From positions 2,304,001-2,368,000 of the forward strand of contig OY759974.1 of assembly GCA_963662945.1 (NCBI GenBank): a DNA stretch of 64,000 nt. The letters are read 5' to 3'. The notes beneath the pieces are model-generated. The model was not told where the DNA came from. It was given only the letters and a program-made list of their open reading frames with translations, and ran no database searches. A program made the position numbers and the translations under genes. The stretch is from Arcobacteraceae bacterium (lineage in GTDB: Bacteria; Campylobacterota; Campylobacteria; Campylobacterales; Arcobacteraceae). This document shows, in pieces, positions 38,514-51,147 of the stretch (the stretch's first letter is position 1; the number at the start of each line of letters is the position of its first letter).

Positions 38514-40319
38514 ATGGATAGTAAGAGAAGTATATTAACTGCACTTGCAATTGCAATGGCAGTAATTTTTTTAGCAATGATTATTAATATTACTATGAAC
38601 TTAAGAGACTTCGGGTTTAATAGTGCAAAAACTAAAGCACAATTAGTTGCTGATAGTGTTAAAAATGGCTTAACTGCACATATGGTAAATGGAATTATGG
38701 AGAATAGAGACTTCTACATTAACCAAACAAAAAACTTACAACATATTGATGATATTTGGATTGTAAGGTCTCACACTGTAAATAAACAATATGGAGAAGG
38801 TAAAGAACTTATACATGATAATATTGATAAAGAAGTTTTGAAAACTGGCGTATCAGTTGAAAAAATAAATGAAGAGTTACTTGGACATAGCACTTATCGT
38901 ATTACTATACCTTACAAAGCAGAAATTACAAAAGAGATTAATTGTTTATCTTGTCATGAAGCAAAAGTTGGCGATGTTTTAGGTGTTATATCTATGGTGA
39001 TGACTATGGATGATATTAAACAAATGAGTATAAAAATTATTGCTTTAACTTCATTTATATCATTATTTTTAATACTTTTCATTATATGGTTTGTAAAACG
39101 ATTAATAGTGCCATATCTTTCTATATTTGATTCTATTAAAGATGTAATGAAACGAGCACATAATGGTGATTATAGTGCAAGAATTGAAGAATTTAATAGT
39201 GGTGAAGCAAAAAATGTTGCACATTGGATTAATGAACATATGAGTAAATTACAAAGTATTTTAGTCAATATTGAAGATAAAATAGATATTTTCCTTACAG
39301 CACATAAATCGAATAGTGTATTAGATCCTATGGTTGATGTACAAAATACAGTATCAAGGTTAGCAGATATTTATAGATTTAGAAAAACTATTGAACATGA
39401 TGAAAGTATTGAAGAAGTATATAAAAGAATTGCTACAATACTTGAAGATAAGTTTAAATTAACTGATTTTAATTTTCTTGAAGCAGATACAACAAATAAA
39501 AAAGTGGAAGTTGTTTATGTAAATAAAGAATTAAAATGTGACCCGCTAGCAAAAGGATGTCGTGCAGATAGAACAAATACTTTAGTAGATTCTTGTCAGT
39601 TTAAAAAAGTATGTGGTGCAATAGATGAAGAAAATTCATATTTATGCATTCCTTATTCAATATCAAATGATATGGATTTTGTTATTTCTATAAGTACTGC
39701 TTCAAAAGAAGAAAACGAAAAATTAAGAGAGATGTTGCCTTTTATTCAAGATTATGTTGATGCTGCAAAACCTGAAATTGTAAGTAAAAAGCTGATGCAA
39801 ATTCTTGAAAAAAATGCAAGTACAGATCCTCTGACAGGTTTATATAATAGAAAATATCTTGAAAGATATATTGACGGTTCATTATATAGCGGTATGTATA
39901 AAAATATACCTTGTGGATTAATGATGGTAGATATAGATTTCTTTAAACTTATTAATGATAATTATGGGCATGACATAGGAGATATTGCTATAAAAACTAT
40001 TGCAAATACTCTCATGGATGTTATTGGTGATACTGATGTTGTAATTAGATTTGGTGGTGAAGAATTTATTGTTATATTAAATAACTGTACAGAAGAACGA
40101 CTTCATGATACAGCTGAAAAAATTAGAATAGCATTCTCTCAACAAAAAATACAAGCAGGTGCAGAAATCTTTAGTAAAACAGTTAGTATTGGAACAGCAT
40201 TATTCCCAAATAAAGATCACAGTTTCTGGAAATATGTAAAACAAAGTGATGTTGCTTTATACCAAGCAAAACATTCAGGAAGAAATAAAGTAGTAAGATT
40301 TGAAGAGGGGATGGAATAA
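38514..40319 (+). CDS. Membrane diguanylate cyclase with periplasmic heme-c (CxxCH) domain
   Basis: 2 TM flanking CLSCH, HAMP-like region, Cys-rich GAF-like linker, DPLTGLYNR...DIDFFK..ND.YGH..GD...RFGGEEF. Confidence 0.9.
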   Translation: MDSKRSILTALAIAMAVIFLAMIINITMNLRDFGFNSAKTKAQLVADSVKNGLTAHMVNGIMENRDFYINQTKNLQHIDDIWIVRSHTVNKQYGEGKELIHDNIDKEVLKTGVSVEKINEELLGHSTYRITIPYKAEITKEINCLSCHEAKVGDVLGVISMVMTMDDIKQMSIKIIALTSFISLFLILFIIWFVKRLIVPYLSIFDSIKDVMKRAHNGDYSARIEEFNSGEAKNVAHWINEHMSKLQSILVNIEDKIDIFLTAHKSNSVLDPMVDVQNTVSRLADIYRFRKTIEHDESIEEVYKRIATILEDKFKLTDFNFLEADTTNKKVEVVYVNKELKCDPLAKGCRADRTNTLVDSCQFKKVCGAIDEENSYLCIPYSISNDMDFVISISTASKEENEKLREMLPFIQDYVDAAKPEIVSKKLMQILEKNASTDPLTGLYNRKYLERYIDGSLYSGMYKNIPCGLMMVDIDFFKLINDNYGHDIGDIAIKTIANTLMDVIGDTDVVIRFGGEEFIVILNNCTEERLHDTAEKIRIAFSQQKIQAGAEIFSKTVSIGTALFPNKDHSFWKYVKQSDVALYQAKHSGRNKVVRFEEGME

Positions 40320-40390
40320 GATTGCAATTTGTTAAGTATTTTAACTTTCGTTTGAATTTGTGGTATAGTTCTAAAAAATAGGATTATAAA

Positions 40391-41428
40391 TTGGAAAGAT
40401 TAGTAGAGTTAGAAAAAATGACATTTGAAGATACTAGTGATGAAGTAACACTTCGTCCTAGTGTTTGGGATGATTATATTGGACAAGAAAAAATCAAAAA
40501 AAACTTACAGGTATTTATTCAAGCTTGTAAAAAAAGAGATGAAGTTTTAGATCATATTTTACTTTTTGGCCCTCCAGGTCTTGGGAAAACAACTCTTAGT
40601 CATATCATTGCTAATCAGATGGAATCAAATATGAAAGTGACAGCAGCACCAACTATAGAAAAAGGTGGAGACTTAGCTGCTATTCTTACAAATCTAGAAG
40701 AGGGTGATATTCTTTTTATAGATGAAATACATAGGTTAACACCAGCAATTGAAGAGATTTTATATCCAGCTATGGAGGATTTTCGTTTAGATATTATTAT
40801 AGGTTCTGGGCCTGCTGCACAAACAGTGCAGATTGATTTACCAAAATTTACACTTATAGGGGCGACTACAAGAGCAGGAATGTTAAGTAATCCTTTGAGA
40901 GATAGATTTGGAATGCATTTTAGATTAAACTTTTATAATGATGTTGAACTCTCAAAAATAGTTTCAATTGCTGCAAGTAAACTTAAAAAAGAAACTCAAA
41001 AAGAAGCAAGTTTAGAGATTGCAAGAAGAAGTAGGGGAACTCCTAGGGTAGCATTAAGACTATTAAAAAGGGTGAGAGATTTTGCAGATGTAGAAGACGA
41101 AGATACAATTGAATTACATAGATGTAAATATGCTCTTGACGAATTAGGAATTAATGATAAAGGTTTTGATGAAATGGATTTAAAACTTTTAGAGTTACTT
41201 TTATCAAATAAAGGAAAGCCAATGGGATTAAGTACTATGGCGGCTGCTTTAAGTGAAGATGAAGGAACTATAGAAGAAGCAATTGAGCCATATTTACTGG
41301 CAAATGGTTATATACAAAGAACAGCAAGAGGAAGAGTTGCAACTGTAAAAAGTTATGAGTTATTTAGATTAACGCCTCCAAAAGATGCTGAAAATATGTC
41401 TCTTTTTGAGATTGGGGATTGGGAATGA
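40391..41428 (+). CDS. ruvB: Holliday junction branch migration helicase RuvB
   Basis: [43 protein letters not shown] start. Confidence 0.97.
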   Translation: MERLVELEKMTFEDTSDEVTLRPSVWDDYIGQEKIKKNLQVFIQACKKRDEVLDHILLFGPPGLGKTTLSHIIANQMESNMKVTAAPTIEKGGDLAAILTNLEEGDILFIDEIHRLTPAIEEILYPAMEDFRLDIIIGSGPAAQTVQIDLPKFTLIGATTRAGMLSNPLRDRFGMHFRLNFYNDVELSKIVSIAASKLKKETQKEASLEIARRSRGTPRVALRLLKRVRDFADVEDEDTIELHRCKYALDELGINDKGFDEMDLKLLELLLSNKGKPMGLSTMAAALSEDEGTIEEAIEPYLLANGYIQRTARGRVATVKSYELFRLTPPKDAENMSLFEIGDWE

Positions 41429-42270
41429 AATTAGATACGAAAGAATTAAAAAATATTACTTTATTATATGTAGAAGATGATGTACTTATTAGAGAACAAA
41501 CAAAAATAATTTTAACAAAATTATTTAAAAAAGTTTTTTGTGCAGATGATGGACAAAATGGATTAGAACTTTTTAAAGAGCATCAAAATGAGATTGATGT
41601 TATAGTTACAGATATAAATATGCCAAATATGAATGGTCTAGAGATGATAGAACAGATAAATATTTTAAAAAGCTCTATACCTACAATTGTGACAACCGCT
41701 CACACTGATTCAAATTATCTTATTAATGCTATTGATTTAAATGTTGATAAGTATATTGCAAAACCAATACAAATAAAAGATTTAACAATTGCAGTTGTTG
41801 ATAATGTTTTAAAATATAGAAGAGCAAATAATATTGAAAATCTTGCTAAAAGTTTAGTTTCAAAGAGCTCAAAAGATGATAGCTTAAACAATACATTAAC
41901 AAATCAAGTTGAAATTTTACAAAAACAGAATAATTATTACAAAGCAATTATAGATAATCTTGTAGTGACTTTTAAAATAGATAAAAATGGAACAATTATT
42001 GAAACATCTGATAAGTTCTTGAGATTTTTTAGTTATACAAAAGACAATATAATTGGAGAGAATATTAATATTTTAAAATGTGAAAGTTGTGTGCAAGAAA
42101 CTTTTCAAAAATTAATGTTAAGAGTAATACATGCAAAAAAAACGATAGTATCAACATATACTTTAGCAACGAGTGATAATAAAAGTATTAAATGTGATTT
42201 AACATTGACCCCCAACTACAGTCAAGATTCACTTATAGTTGGATATACGGTTTATATAGATATTTTATAA
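41425..42270 (+). CDS. Response regulator with C-terminal PAS-like domain
   Basis: REC (LYVEDD, TDINMP, KP) plus PAS-like [10 protein letters not shown]...[13 protein letters not shown] overlap with ruvB. Confidence 0.85.
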   Translation: MKLDTKELKNITLLYVEDDVLIREQTKIILTKLFKKVFCADDGQNGLELFKEHQNEIDVIVTDINMPNMNGLEMIEQINILKSSIPTIVTTAHTDSNYLINAIDLNVDKYIAKPIQIKDLTIAVVDNVLKYRRANNIENLAKSLVSKSSKDDSLNNTLTNQVEILQKQNNYYKAIIDNLVVTFKIDKNGTIIETSDKFLRFFSYTKDNIIGENINILKCESCVQETFQKLMLRVIHAKKTIVSTYTLATSDNKSIKCDLTLTPNYSQDSLIVGYTVYIDIL

Positions 42271-42274
42271 GATT

Positions 42275-43414
42275 TTATGAAAGTCTATCTTTGTAGCTTT
42301 CATATCCATAGTTTCTAATAACTTTAAAGTTTCCGTCTTTCTTTTTTATTGCAATTGAAGGTAAATTAATACCATTAAATGTAGTTGTTTTTACCATCGT
42401 ATAATGTATCATATCTTCCAATATAATTTTATCTCCAATTTTTAATTGATGATCAAATGAATAGTCCCCTATAATATCCCCTGCAAGACAAGTATTCCCA
42501 CCAAATCGATAAGTGTATTTCTTTTCAAAAGCTTCACCTGCACCTCTAATTTGTGCTCTATAAGGCATTGCAAGAGTATCTGGCATATGACATTCTGCAC
42601 TTGTATCTAGTATTGCTATTTGCATTCCATTGTCAACTATATCTAGTACAGTTGCTTCTAAATAACCAGTTTTCCAACCTACTGCTTCACCTGGTTCCAT
42701 GTATAGTGTAAGATGTGGGTATTTACTTTTAAATTGTCGTAAAACATTTATTAATCTCTCCACATCATAGTCTTCTCTTGTAATATGATGACCACCACCA
42801 AAATTTAGCCATTTTAATTGTGAGAAATATTTACTGAAATTTTCTTCAAATTTTGCTAAAACAAGTTCTAAAGCATCAATATTTTGTTCACAAAGGGCAT
42901 GAAAATGTAATCCATCTATTATTTTTGGTAATTCTTTAGGAAAGTTTGAGATGGTTGTTCCTAAACGACTATATGTACCACAAGGATTATATAAATCAAC
43001 ATCTACAGTTGATACTTCAGGATTGACTCTTATTCCAATACTATTATTTGAATTAATTTTGTCCTTATATAGTTCAAGTTGATTAAAAGAGTTAAATACA
43101 ATATGATTTGAAATTTTTACAATTTCATCAAATTCATTTGGTTTAAATGCTGGTGAATAAGTATGTACTTCAAGTCCAAATTCTTCTTTAGCCAAAATAG
43201 CTTCATTAAGACCACTTGCACAACAACCCTTGAGATATTTTTTACACATATCAAAAGTACTAAACATAGCAAAACCTTTTAATGCAAGAAGAATTTTTAT
43301 ATCTGCTTCATCTTGCACTTTTTTTAAAAGTTTTAGATTATTTTCTAAAAGTTCCTCTTCACATACATAACACGGGCTTGGTAACAAGCTACTAGAATTC
43401 AAATCCACCACCAC
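42275..43414 (-). CDS. nspC: Carboxynorspermidine decarboxylase
   Basis: LLALKGFA, SRLG, GLHFHALCEQ, NFGGGHHIT, EPGEA, CLAGD, HYTMVKTTTFNG. Confidence 0.94.
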   Translation of the reverse strand: MVVDLNSSSLLPSPCYVCEEELLENNLKLLKKVQDEADIKILLALKGFAMFSTFDMCKKYLKGCCASGLNEAILAKEEFGLEVHTYSPAFKPNEFDEIVKISNHIVFNSFNQLELYKDKINSNNSIGIRVNPEVSTVDVDLYNPCGTYSRLGTTISNFPKELPKIIDGLHFHALCEQNIDALELVLAKFEENFSKYFSQLKWLNFGGGHHITREDYDVERLINVLRQFKSKYPHLTLYMEPGEAVGWKTGYLEATVLDIVDNGMQIAILDTSAECHMPDTLAMPYRAQIRGAGEAFEKKYTYRFGGNTCLAGDIIGDYSFDHQLKIGDKIILEDMIHYTMVKTTTFNGINLPSIAIKKKDGNFKVIRNYGYESYKDRLS

Positions 43415-43589
43415 TTCCTTTATTCATACTTTCATATACAACTTTAATATAAGTGTCTCTTACATCACATTGTAAAATTTTATCACATTTCATGCAAGAA
43501 TCAATATTATGAGATACTTGACATTGTTTTAAAACAATAAGTTGTTCATCTAAGGCTAATTGCCATTTGTCTTTTTCTATTTCTTCCAT
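43392..43589 (-). CDS. Small Cys-containing hypothetical protein
   Basis: 65 aa with C..C..C..C spacing and C-terminal YESMNKGSGGGFEF, between fbp and nspC. Confidence 0.75.
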   Translation of the reverse strand: MEEIEKDKWQLALDEQLIVLKQCQVSHNIDSCMKCDKILQCDVRDTYIKVVYESMNKGSGGGFEF

Positions 43590-44426
43590 TTATTTGTAAG
43601 AGTTTTTAACCATTTCAATTTCATATGCACTTCCAAAAAAACAAGGGCTTGTATCATGTATATGAGCCGTTTTTATATCAAGTACTCTATTTTGTCCATC
43701 AATTGCATATCCACCTGCTGTTTCAAATACATGAGCAAATGGAAACACTTCAAAAAGTTGTCTTAATTTTCCTTCAGGTTTATCACTAGCACCTGGATAT
43801 GAAAACAATCCACCGCCTCTTAAAAGTATATGATGTAAATCAGGAACCATTCCACCACTATAAGTAAGATCATAACCTTCTTTGAACATTTTATTTATCA
43901 TCTCTTTATGCTGAGGATACCAACATTGTTGTGTTGAACCAGGCGAGTTTATATTTCCTTTCTCATTCATAGTTATATCTTTGATATAATTAAATTCTTC
44001 ATTATTCATTCGATAAAGTTTTACACTTTTTCCATCACAAATAACCATCTCTACCCTTGGACCAAATACTACGTAAACTGAAGCAACAATATTATTTCCA
44101 GTAAAGTCATTTTTATAAATACCATAGATAGAACCTACAGATAAATTTACATCAACTAAACTACTCCCATCAAGTGGATCATAGGCAATAAGGTATTCAC
44201 CAACTTCATTAATATCAACAATGTTATCTTGTTCTTCACTTACAATCTGTTTTACACATGATAATTCTTTAAAATTATTTTCTATAATAATATCACTTTG
44301 AATATCAAGTTTGAGTTGTGTATCTCCAGTAGAATTCTGTTGTTCACTTTTACCAGTATCCCCTTTTTGAATAGTTTGTTGTATTTGTATCGTTGATTTT
44401 TTAATTGCTTCTATTATTTCATTCAT
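43590..44426 (-). CDS. fbp: Fructose-1,6-bisphosphatase class 1
   Basis: [39 protein letters not shown]. Confidence 0.95.
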   Translation of the reverse strand: MNEIIEAIKKSTIQIQQTIQKGDTGKSEQQNSTGDTQLKLDIQSDIIIENNFKELSCVKQIVSEEQDNIVDINEVGEYLIAYDPLDGSSLVDVNLSVGSIYGIYKNDFTGNNIVASVYVVFGPRVEMVICDGKSVKLYRMNNEEFNYIKDITMNEKGNINSPGSTQQCWYPQHKEMINKMFKEGYDLTYSGGMVPDLHHILLRGGGLFSYPGASDKPEGKLRQLFEVFPFAHVFETAGGYAIDGQNRVLDIKTAHIHDTSPCFFGSAYEIEMVKNSYK

Positions 44427-44438
44427 CTAATATTATCC

Positions 44439-44942
44439 TTATATTTTTTGTCCGTTTTGTTTGATCCATTCAATAATTTGATTTGTATTATTTAAATCTA
44501 ATATTGTCATATCTTGTGGTAAATCTTTTATATTGATTGAATTATCAGTTGCAATACAATCACTTTTTTCAAAATAGTTGTTATCTATCGTATCTCTTTG
44601 AACACATATTCTTGGTAATGGAAGAGTTTTTAATCCCTCAACTAATAAGATATCGAATTTACCAAACATATTGGCAATATCCTCTATGGAAGATGTCTCT
44701 TTTTTAAAAATGGTTGTTCTTGTAGGTGATACAACTGCTACTTCACTTCCTGTTTGAGAAAATTTAAAACTATCTTTTCCTTCTTTATCAAACATAGCTT
44801 TATCACATGGGTCATGTTTGATAATTGCAACTTTATAACCTTGCTCTTGCAATAGTGTTGAAATGTTTATTATTAGTGTTGTTTTCCCACTATTTGATGG
44901 ACCAGTAAAAGCTACGGCTATTCTATTAGTTGTATTATTCAT
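44439..44942 (-). CDS. mobB: Molybdopterin-guanine dinucleotide biosynthesis protein B
   Basis: FTGPSNSGKTT, IKHDP, GKDS, VEGLK. Confidence 0.93.
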   Translation of the reverse strand: MNNTTNRIAVAFTGPSNSGKTTLIINISTLLQEQGYKVAIIKHDPCDKAMFDKEGKDSFKFSQTGSEVAVVSPTRTTIFKKETSSIEDIANMFGKFDILLVEGLKTLPLPRICVQRDTIDNNYFEKSDCIATDNSINIKDLPQDMTILDLNNTNQIIEWIKQNGQKI

Positions 44943-44968
44943 AAGTGTGATTATACCAAATTAATTCT

Positions 44969-45829
44969 TTAGTTAAATTTCTCTTTAAAAGTGCATTTTT
45001 GACATAATTCTTCAGTAGCGATATTTTGTTTAAATCCTTCAATGATATTTATAGCTCGTTGTGATTGAAGTATATCTTCTAGTGTTTCGTTGTGAAGATT
45101 TCCTAAGTTAATAACACCTGAACTGTCTAAACAACAAGGTACAACAGTTCCAGAACTTAAAATAGCAATTTGTGAGGTTAATCCATGACAGTAACCATTA
45201 GTAGTTATTGTATCTTGTAATGAAGGCCATTTAAAATATTTATCAAAATCTATTAAAATTTGGTTGTCTAATCTTATCGATTTATCAAGTGAAATATTTG
45301 ATAAGTTTATATTAAATTTGTGAGAAAGTAAAGTTAAAACTTGCATGTTAAAATCATTTTCACTATTTTTAGCATCCAAATTCCAGAGTCTGAAATTAAT
45401 AAAATTATGTATGTGTTTTTTTAATTTTAAATCACATAATTTAAACATTGGTTGAAGATATTCTTCTAGTGTTATGTTCATTTCATTTTTATTATAGCTA
45501 TTGAGTGAAAAATTAATTTGTTTTATTGCTTTATGTAAAAAGATATTTAAGTCAAAGTTTTTTAAGTAATAACCAGTAGTAGTAATATCTACTTTGATAT
45601 TATACTTAAATGCTATGTCAAGATATTTTTCGAGGTTATTTAAAGTTAAAGGGTCTCCAAATACATGTAAAGCAATATTTTTTGTAAAAGGTTGTATCTG
45701 AGTTAATATACTTTCAAAGAAGTTTAAATCCATAGTTGTAGGTTTTGCAGTTTTTGTAGGGCAAAAACTACATTCTAAACCACAAATATTTGTAAGTTCA
45801 ATATAAACTTTATGAAATTTGTAGTGCAT
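44969..45829 (-). CDS. Radical SAM protein with SPASM/twitch domain
   Basis: CGLECSFC (CxxxCxxC); C-terminal C..G.VVPCC...GN...C..C. Confidence 0.9.
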   Translation of the reverse strand: MHYKFHKVYIELTNICGLECSFCPTKTAKPTTMDLNFFESILTQIQPFTKNIALHVFGDPLTLNNLEKYLDIAFKYNIKVDITTTGYYLKNFDLNIFLHKAIKQINFSLNSYNKNEMNITLEEYLQPMFKLCDLKLKKHIHNFINFRLWNLDAKNSENDFNMQVLTLLSHKFNINLSNISLDKSIRLDNQILIDFDKYFKWPSLQDTITTNGYCHGLTSQIAILSSGTVVPCCLDSSGVINLGNLHNETLEDILQSQRAINIIEGFKQNIATEELCQKCTFKEKFN

Positions 45830-46304
45830 TTTTTATTAAATTAATATTACTTTTGAGTTTTTCTACTCTTGGTTGAAATTCTTGTTTATTTTCATTATAA
45901 TGCGTTGAGCCATCAATAGCAATTAGTTTATCATCAAAGTGTTCAATAGTTTGTTTTTGTATATCTTCATCTGTAAGACTTAGAATTAATTCAGGTGTTT
46001 GTTTTTCTAATTTCATTATAGTATGCTCTAGTGTATATTTATTGTCTATATCAATATTGAGATAGTTGCACATTTCTATATAAAGATTGTCTACACTTGA
46101 AGCATATCTGCTATAAATAGTTCCAGCAAAGTCGTTTAGATACAAATGAAAATTTTTATAGTTAGATAAGAATTCAATATTTTCATCAATATCCAGAACT
46201 GTATTATCATCTTCATAAAGTTTATTGTACATATGTCTCATACTTATATAAAGTATCTCACTACAGTTTTTTTGAATTTCTTCTAAAAATTGTTTTTTTG
46301 TCAT
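45810..46304 (-). CDS. Hypothetical protein
   Basis: 164 aa, AGGA RBS, overlaps the radical SAM gene start. Confidence 0.7.
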   Translation of the reverse strand: MTKKQFLEEIQKNCSEILYISMRHMYNKLYEDDNTVLDIDENIEFLSNYKNFHLYLNDFAGTIYSRYASSVDNLYIEMCNYLNIDIDNKYTLEHTIMKLEKQTPELILSLTDEDIQKQTIEHFDDKLIAIDGSTHYNENKQEFQPRVEKLKSNINLIKNALQIS

Positions 46305-46332
46305 TTTTATCCTACTTCCAAAGAATCTTACG

Positions 46333-46363
46333 AAAAAAAAAGAGAGCTAGAAAAGCTCTCTTT
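46333..46363 (-). terminator. Rho-independent terminator after pckA
   Basis: AAAGAGAGCT / AGCTCTCTTT stem followed by a T run on the minus strand. Confidence 0.8.
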
Positions 46364-46386
46364 AGATTTTCTATAATTATTGTATA

Positions 46387-47964
46387 TTATAGTTTTGGTC
46401 CAGCAGATGTAAAATCAAAACTAGTATCTTCTGTCAAGTATTTTTTAAAGTTATTAATATACATACCTGCAAGTTCTTTAGCCATTTCATCATATTCTGC
46501 TTTATTTTCCCATGTATTACGTGGATTTAAAACTTCTGTATCAACTCCATCAAGAGTTTTTGGAATAGCAAGATTAAAGATTGGTAACGTATCAAATTCA
46601 CTGTGTTCTATGCTTCCATCTAAAATACCATTGATACAAGCTCTTGTATTTTTAATACTCATTCTTTTACCTGTACCATAGGCACCACCAGTCCATCCTG
46701 TATTTACTAAGTATACATTTACATTGTGTTTTTCAATTTTTTCACCAAGTAATTTTGCATATACAGTTGGATGTAAAGGTAAAAATGCTTCACCAAAACA
46801 AGCACTAAATGTAGCAGTTGGTTTATCAATACCTCTTTCAGTTCCAGCAACTTTTGCAGTGTATCCACTTAAGAAGTAATACATTGCTTGTTCATTTGTA
46901 AGCTTTGATACAGGAGGTAAAACACCAAATGCGTCAGCACTTAAAAATATAATATTTGTAGGATGTCCAGCTATTGAATTTGGTTGGATATTTTCTATGT
47001 GGTTAATTGGGTAAGATACTCTAGTATTTTCTGTTTTACTACCATCATTAAAATCAACATTACCATTTTCATCAGTTACGACATTTTCTAAAATAGCACC
47101 TTTTTTAATTGCTGCATAAATTTCAGGCTCACTTGAAGCATCTAGATTGATAACTTTTGCATAACAACCACCTTCAAAGTTAAATACACCATTATCATCC
47201 CATCCATGTTCATCATCACCAATTAAAGCTCTGTTTGGATCAGTTGAAAGTGTTGTTTTACCAGTTCCTGAAAGTCCAAAGAATAGGGCAGTTCCACCAT
47301 CAGCTCCAACATTTGCAGAACAATGCATAGCCATTTTCCCATCTAAAGGAAGCCAGTAATTCATCATTGAAAAAACACCTTTTTTCATCTCACCAGCATA
47401 CCAAGTTCCACCTATTACAGCTTCATTTTCTTCAATATTGAAAGCTACATATACTTCAGAGTGTAAACCTTGTTCTTTCCATTTTGGATTAGTAGTTTTA
47501 CAAGCATTGTATATAGTAAAGTCAGGTGTAAAGTTTTCTAACTCAGATTGAGTTGGAAGGATAAACATATTTTTTATAAAGTGAGCTTGCCAAGCGATTT
47601 CAGTGATAAATCTTATTGATTTTCTACTATCAAGACTTGAACCACAGTATACATCTGTAACATATAAGTCTTTCCCGCTAAGTTGTTGTTTAGATGTTTC
47701 TCTTAATGAAGCATAAGTTTCTTGGTCAACATACCTATTTACATCTCCCCATGATATATATTTCGAAGATGGGTCAGCATAAGCAAAATATTTATCTTTA
47801 GGACTTCTTCCTGTAAATATTCCTGTATCTATTATTAACGCACCACTAGAGGCTATTGTGGCCCCTTCATTTTCAACCGCATGGTCTATTAACGTATCTA
47901 TATCTAAGTTGTGGTAAACCTGACCTACATTTTCTAAACCAAGTGAGTTTTTAATATCTGACAT
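46387..47964 (-). CDS. pckA: Phosphoenolpyruvate carboxykinase (ATP)
   Basis: [50 protein letters not shown]. Confidence 0.97.
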   Translation of the reverse strand: MSDIKNSLGLENVGQVYHNLDIDTLIDHAVENEGATIASSGALIIDTGIFTGRSPKDKYFAYADPSSKYISWGDVNRYVDQETYASLRETSKQQLSGKDLYVTDVYCGSSLDSRKSIRFITEIAWQAHFIKNMFILPTQSELENFTPDFTIYNACKTTNPKWKEQGLHSEVYVAFNIEENEAVIGGTWYAGEMKKGVFSMMNYWLPLDGKMAMHCSANVGADGGTALFFGLSGTGKTTLSTDPNRALIGDDEHGWDDNGVFNFEGGCYAKVINLDASSEPEIYAAIKKGAILENVVTDENGNVDFNDGSKTENTRVSYPINHIENIQPNSIAGHPTNIIFLSADAFGVLPPVSKLTNEQAMYYFLSGYTAKVAGTERGIDKPTATFSACFGEAFLPLHPTVYAKLLGEKIEKHNVNVYLVNTGWTGGAYGTGKRMSIKNTRACINGILDGSIEHSEFDTLPIFNLAIPKTLDGVDTEVLNPRNTWENKAEYDEMAKELAGMYINNFKKYLTEDTSFDFTSAGPKL

Positions 47965-47982
47965 ATCTCTGTTTTCCTAATT

Positions 47983-49302
47983 TTATTTGAATATTGATAA
48001 AAGAACACCAGCAGCAACGGCAGAACCAATTACTCCTGAAACATTTGGACCCATAGCATGCATCAATAAAATATTTGATTTATCATACTCTTGTCCCACT
48101 TTACTTACAACTCTTGCTGACATAGGTACAGCACTAACACCAGCTGCACCTATCAGAGGATTGATTTGTGAGTCTTTAGAACTAAATTTATTCATAATTT
48201 TAGCCATAATAACACCAGCTGCAGTTCCTGCACTGAATGCTAATAAACCAATAATCATAATCCCCATAGTATCAAGTACTAAGAATTTATCAGCTGCAAG
48301 TTTACTTCCAACACCAAGACCTAAAAATATTGTTACAATATTAATAAGTGAGTTTTGCATAGTATCACTTAATCTATCTACAACACCTGACTGTTTTGCA
48401 AAGTTTCCTAAAGCAAATGCACCAATTAGTGGAGTAGATTCTGGTAAAATTAAAATAGCCATCATAAGTATTAAAATAGGTAAGAAAAGTTTTTCTAATG
48501 GATGCACTTTTCTTAATGGTGGCATTTTAATTCTTCTTTCTGCATCTGTTGTTAATGCTTTCATAATTGGAGGTTGTATTACTGGTACAAGAGCCATATA
48601 TGAATAAGCAGCAACAGCAATTGCACCTAACATTTCAGGAGCAAGTCTATTTGCAATAAAAATTGAAGTAGGTCCATCGGCACCACCAATAATAGAAATT
48701 GCACTAGCCGATTGTAAATCGAATCCTATCATAACTGCACCAACTAGAGAACCAAAAATTCCAAATTGTGCAGCACCACCTAAAATAGCAGTTTTTGGAT
48801 TAGCAAGAAGCGGACCAAAGTCTGTCATTGCACCAACACCCATAAAAATTAGAAGTGGAAAAAATTCATTTGCAATACCCATATTATAAATAATACCAAG
48901 CATTCCATGTTCTCCACCCATATTGGCTAAAGGAATATTAGCTAATAAACCACCAAAAGCTATAGGTAATAATAATAACGGTTCAAATCCTTTTGCAATA
49001 GCAAGATAAAATAGTAAAAATACTATTCCAAACATAATAATTCTACCCCATGATTGTTCAAAAGCAGTCATAGGTCTTGCATTTGCAGGATTTGGTTCAG
49101 CAGTCATTATATCATCACTAGGATTTAATATTGCATTAATACCTGTAGTCTCATAAAACGAACTCATAAGTTCAGTTAAAGTTTTTGGTTGATACTCTTT
49201 CTTTTCTGTTTCAAGTGTTTCTGCGGCACTATTTGCGTAAAGATTACTACTAAATAGTGCAAAAAGCATTAAAAACAGAATAGAGATAATTTTTTTATTC
49301 AT
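47983..49302 (-). CDS. oadB: Sodium ion-translocating decarboxylase beta subunit
   Basis: [45 protein letters not shown]. Start moved to ATG 49302. Confidence 0.93.
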   Translation of the reverse strand: MNKKIISILFLMLFALFSSNLYANSAAETLETEKKEYQPKTLTELMSSFYETTGINAILNPSDDIMTAEPNPANARPMTAFEQSWGRIIMFGIVFLLFYLAIAKGFEPLLLLPIAFGGLLANIPLANMGGEHGMLGIIYNMGIANEFFPLLIFMGVGAMTDFGPLLANPKTAILGGAAQFGIFGSLVGAVMIGFDLQSASAISIIGGADGPTSIFIANRLAPEMLGAIAVAAYSYMALVPVIQPPIMKALTTDAERRIKMPPLRKVHPLEKLFLPILILMMAILILPESTPLIGAFALGNFAKQSGVVDRLSDTMQNSLINIVTIFLGLGVGSKLAADKFLVLDTMGIMIIGLLAFSAGTAAGVIMAKIMNKFSSKDSQINPLIGAAGVSAVPMSARVVSKVGQEYDKSNILLMHAMGPNVSGVIGSAVAAGVLLSIFK

Positions 49303-49327
49303 ATTTCTCTCCAAGTTTTTATCCCCA

Positions 49328-51145
49328 CTAGCCAATAACTACTATAGTTTGACCCTCATTAACTGCATCATTTGGTTTTACTGCTACATCTGTAATAGTT
49401 CCAGAACAAGGTGCTTCTATATCAATTTCCATTTTCATAGCTTCTAAAATAGATACTACTTGACCTTTTTCAACTTTATCACCAACACTTACTAAAAGCT
49501 TCCATACATTTCCACTCACTGTTGCACCTACTTGTGTTCCTGCACCATTTGTTGCAGGAGCTGCAGCTGGAGTTGCTGTTTGAGTTTGTACTGGAGCTAC
49601 AACTTGAATATCTGCATTACCTTCTGCAACTTGAACGCTAAACTTTTTACCATCTACAACTACTGTATAGTTACCATCTGCCATTTTTTTATCTTCCTTA
49701 TTATCTATTTTTGTTTCACAAGTTAAATTTTCACAATCACTAATTTTTCTTATATTTAAAGGAGACTCTCCTTTTAAGAACGCTATACCTTTTTCATCAC
49801 AAGCAGCTGCAATAAATATATTTTCTTCTGTTGTTTCTAAACCTTCAATTTCTAATCTTTCTTTCCATGCTGCTATTGATTTAGTAACATCATTATCAGC
49901 TAAATCAAGTGGATTTTCTTTTGTAGGCTCAAGTTTTAATTTTTCACTTGCTAGTTTTACTATTGCTGGATCTGGCTCAACTGGAGTTTTACCAAAGTAC
50001 CCAAGTACCATTTTCCCATAACCTGGAGCTATTTGTTTCCAAGGTCCAAAGTTTACATTTGCGTATGCTTGTTGCCAATAAAATTGAGATACAGGTGTTA
50101 CAGATGTTCCATATCCACCTTTTTCAACAACTTCTTGCATCGCTTTAATAACTTCTGGGAATTTATCTAATGTACCATTATCTCTCATCATTTGTGTATT
50201 TGCAGTTAAAGCACCACCTGGCATTGGGGAAAATGGAATTAAAGGAGAAACTTGAGTAGCTTCTGGTGGCATAAAATAGTCTTTTAGACAATCTTTTAAT
50301 ACTTCTTGATATTGTAATATTTTTTCAATACTTAATCCACCTAAATCAAAATTACTTCCTTTTGTTGCATGAAGCATTGTAAGAATATCAGGTTGACTTG
50401 TACCACCACTTACTGGAGCATTTGCTAAATCTATACCATCTGCACCAGCTTCAAGTGCTGCTAAATAAGCTGCAACACTTACTCCCGCAGTTTCATGAGT
50501 ATGAAGTCTAATATGTGTATCATCACCTAAAAGTTTTCTTGCCATTTTAATAGTATCATATACTTTTTTAGGGTTTGCAGTACCACTTGCATCTTTAAAA
50601 CAGATAGAATCATATGGTAACCCACTATCAAGTATTTTTCTTAATGTATTTTCATAAAATGCTACATCATGAGCACCTTCACAACCAGGAGGTAAATCCA
50701 TCATTGTAACAACAGCTTCATGTTTTAAACCATGATTTTTTATACATTGTGCTGAATATTCTAAATTATTTACATCATTTAAAGCATCAAAGTTTCTTAT
50801 TGTTGTTGTTCCATGTTTTGCAAATAATTTTGCATGTAAATCGATAAGCTCTCTACTCCCTGTATCTAGCATAACTGTATTTATACCACGAGCAAGTGTT
50901 TGAAGATTTGCATCTGGTCCAACGATATTTCTAAACTTATCCATCATATCAAACGCATTTTCTTGTAGATAGAAAAATAGTGATTGGAATCTAGCTCCAC
51001 CACCAAATTCAAAATGTTTTATTCCCGCATGTGAAGCAGCTTCGACAGCTGGAAAGAAATCATTCATAAGGACTCTTCCTCCAAAGACAGATTGAAATCC
51101 ATCTCTAAATGTTGTGTCCATTATATCTATATATTTTTTTGACAT
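49328..51145 (-). CDS. oadA: Oxaloacetate decarboxylase alpha / pyruvate carboxylase B subunit (carboxyltransferase + biotin domain)
   Basis: [23 protein letters not shown], Ala/Pro linker, EAMKME biotin site. Confidence 0.9.
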   Translation of the reverse strand: MSKKYIDIMDTTFRDGFQSVFGGRVLMNDFFPAVEAASHAGIKHFEFGGGARFQSLFFYLQENAFDMMDKFRNIVGPDANLQTLARGINTVMLDTGSRELIDLHAKLFAKHGTTTIRNFDALNDVNNLEYSAQCIKNHGLKHEAVVTMMDLPPGCEGAHDVAFYENTLRKILDSGLPYDSICFKDASGTANPKKVYDTIKMARKLLGDDTHIRLHTHETAGVSVAAYLAALEAGADGIDLANAPVSGGTSQPDILTMLHATKGSNFDLGGLSIEKILQYQEVLKDCLKDYFMPPEATQVSPLIPFSPMPGGALTANTQMMRDNGTLDKFPEVIKAMQEVVEKGGYGTSVTPVSQFYWQQAYANVNFGPWKQIAPGYGKMVLGYFGKTPVEPDPAIVKLASEKLKLEPTKENPLDLADNDVTKSIAAWKERLEIEGLETTEENIFIAAACDEKGIAFLKGESPLNIRKISDCENLTCETKIDNKEDKKMADGNYTVVVDGKKFSVQVAEGNADIQVVAPVQTQTATPAAAPATNGAGTQVGATVSGNVWKLLVSVGDKVEKGQVVSILEAMKMEIDIEAPCSGTITDVAVKPNDAVNEGQTIVVIG

Positions 51146-51147
51146 TA

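Noticed and set aside
40319-40340. ATTGCA half-site upstream of ruvB as an operator for the S24 repressor
   Set aside because: Only one half matches; likely by chance in AT-rich DNA.
43392-45829. Radical SAM/SPASM enzyme plus a Cys-rich 65-aa peptide as a RiPP cluster
   Set aside because: They are separated by mobB and fbp, there is no transporter or peptidase, and the small gene sits in a housekeeping fbp-nspC run.
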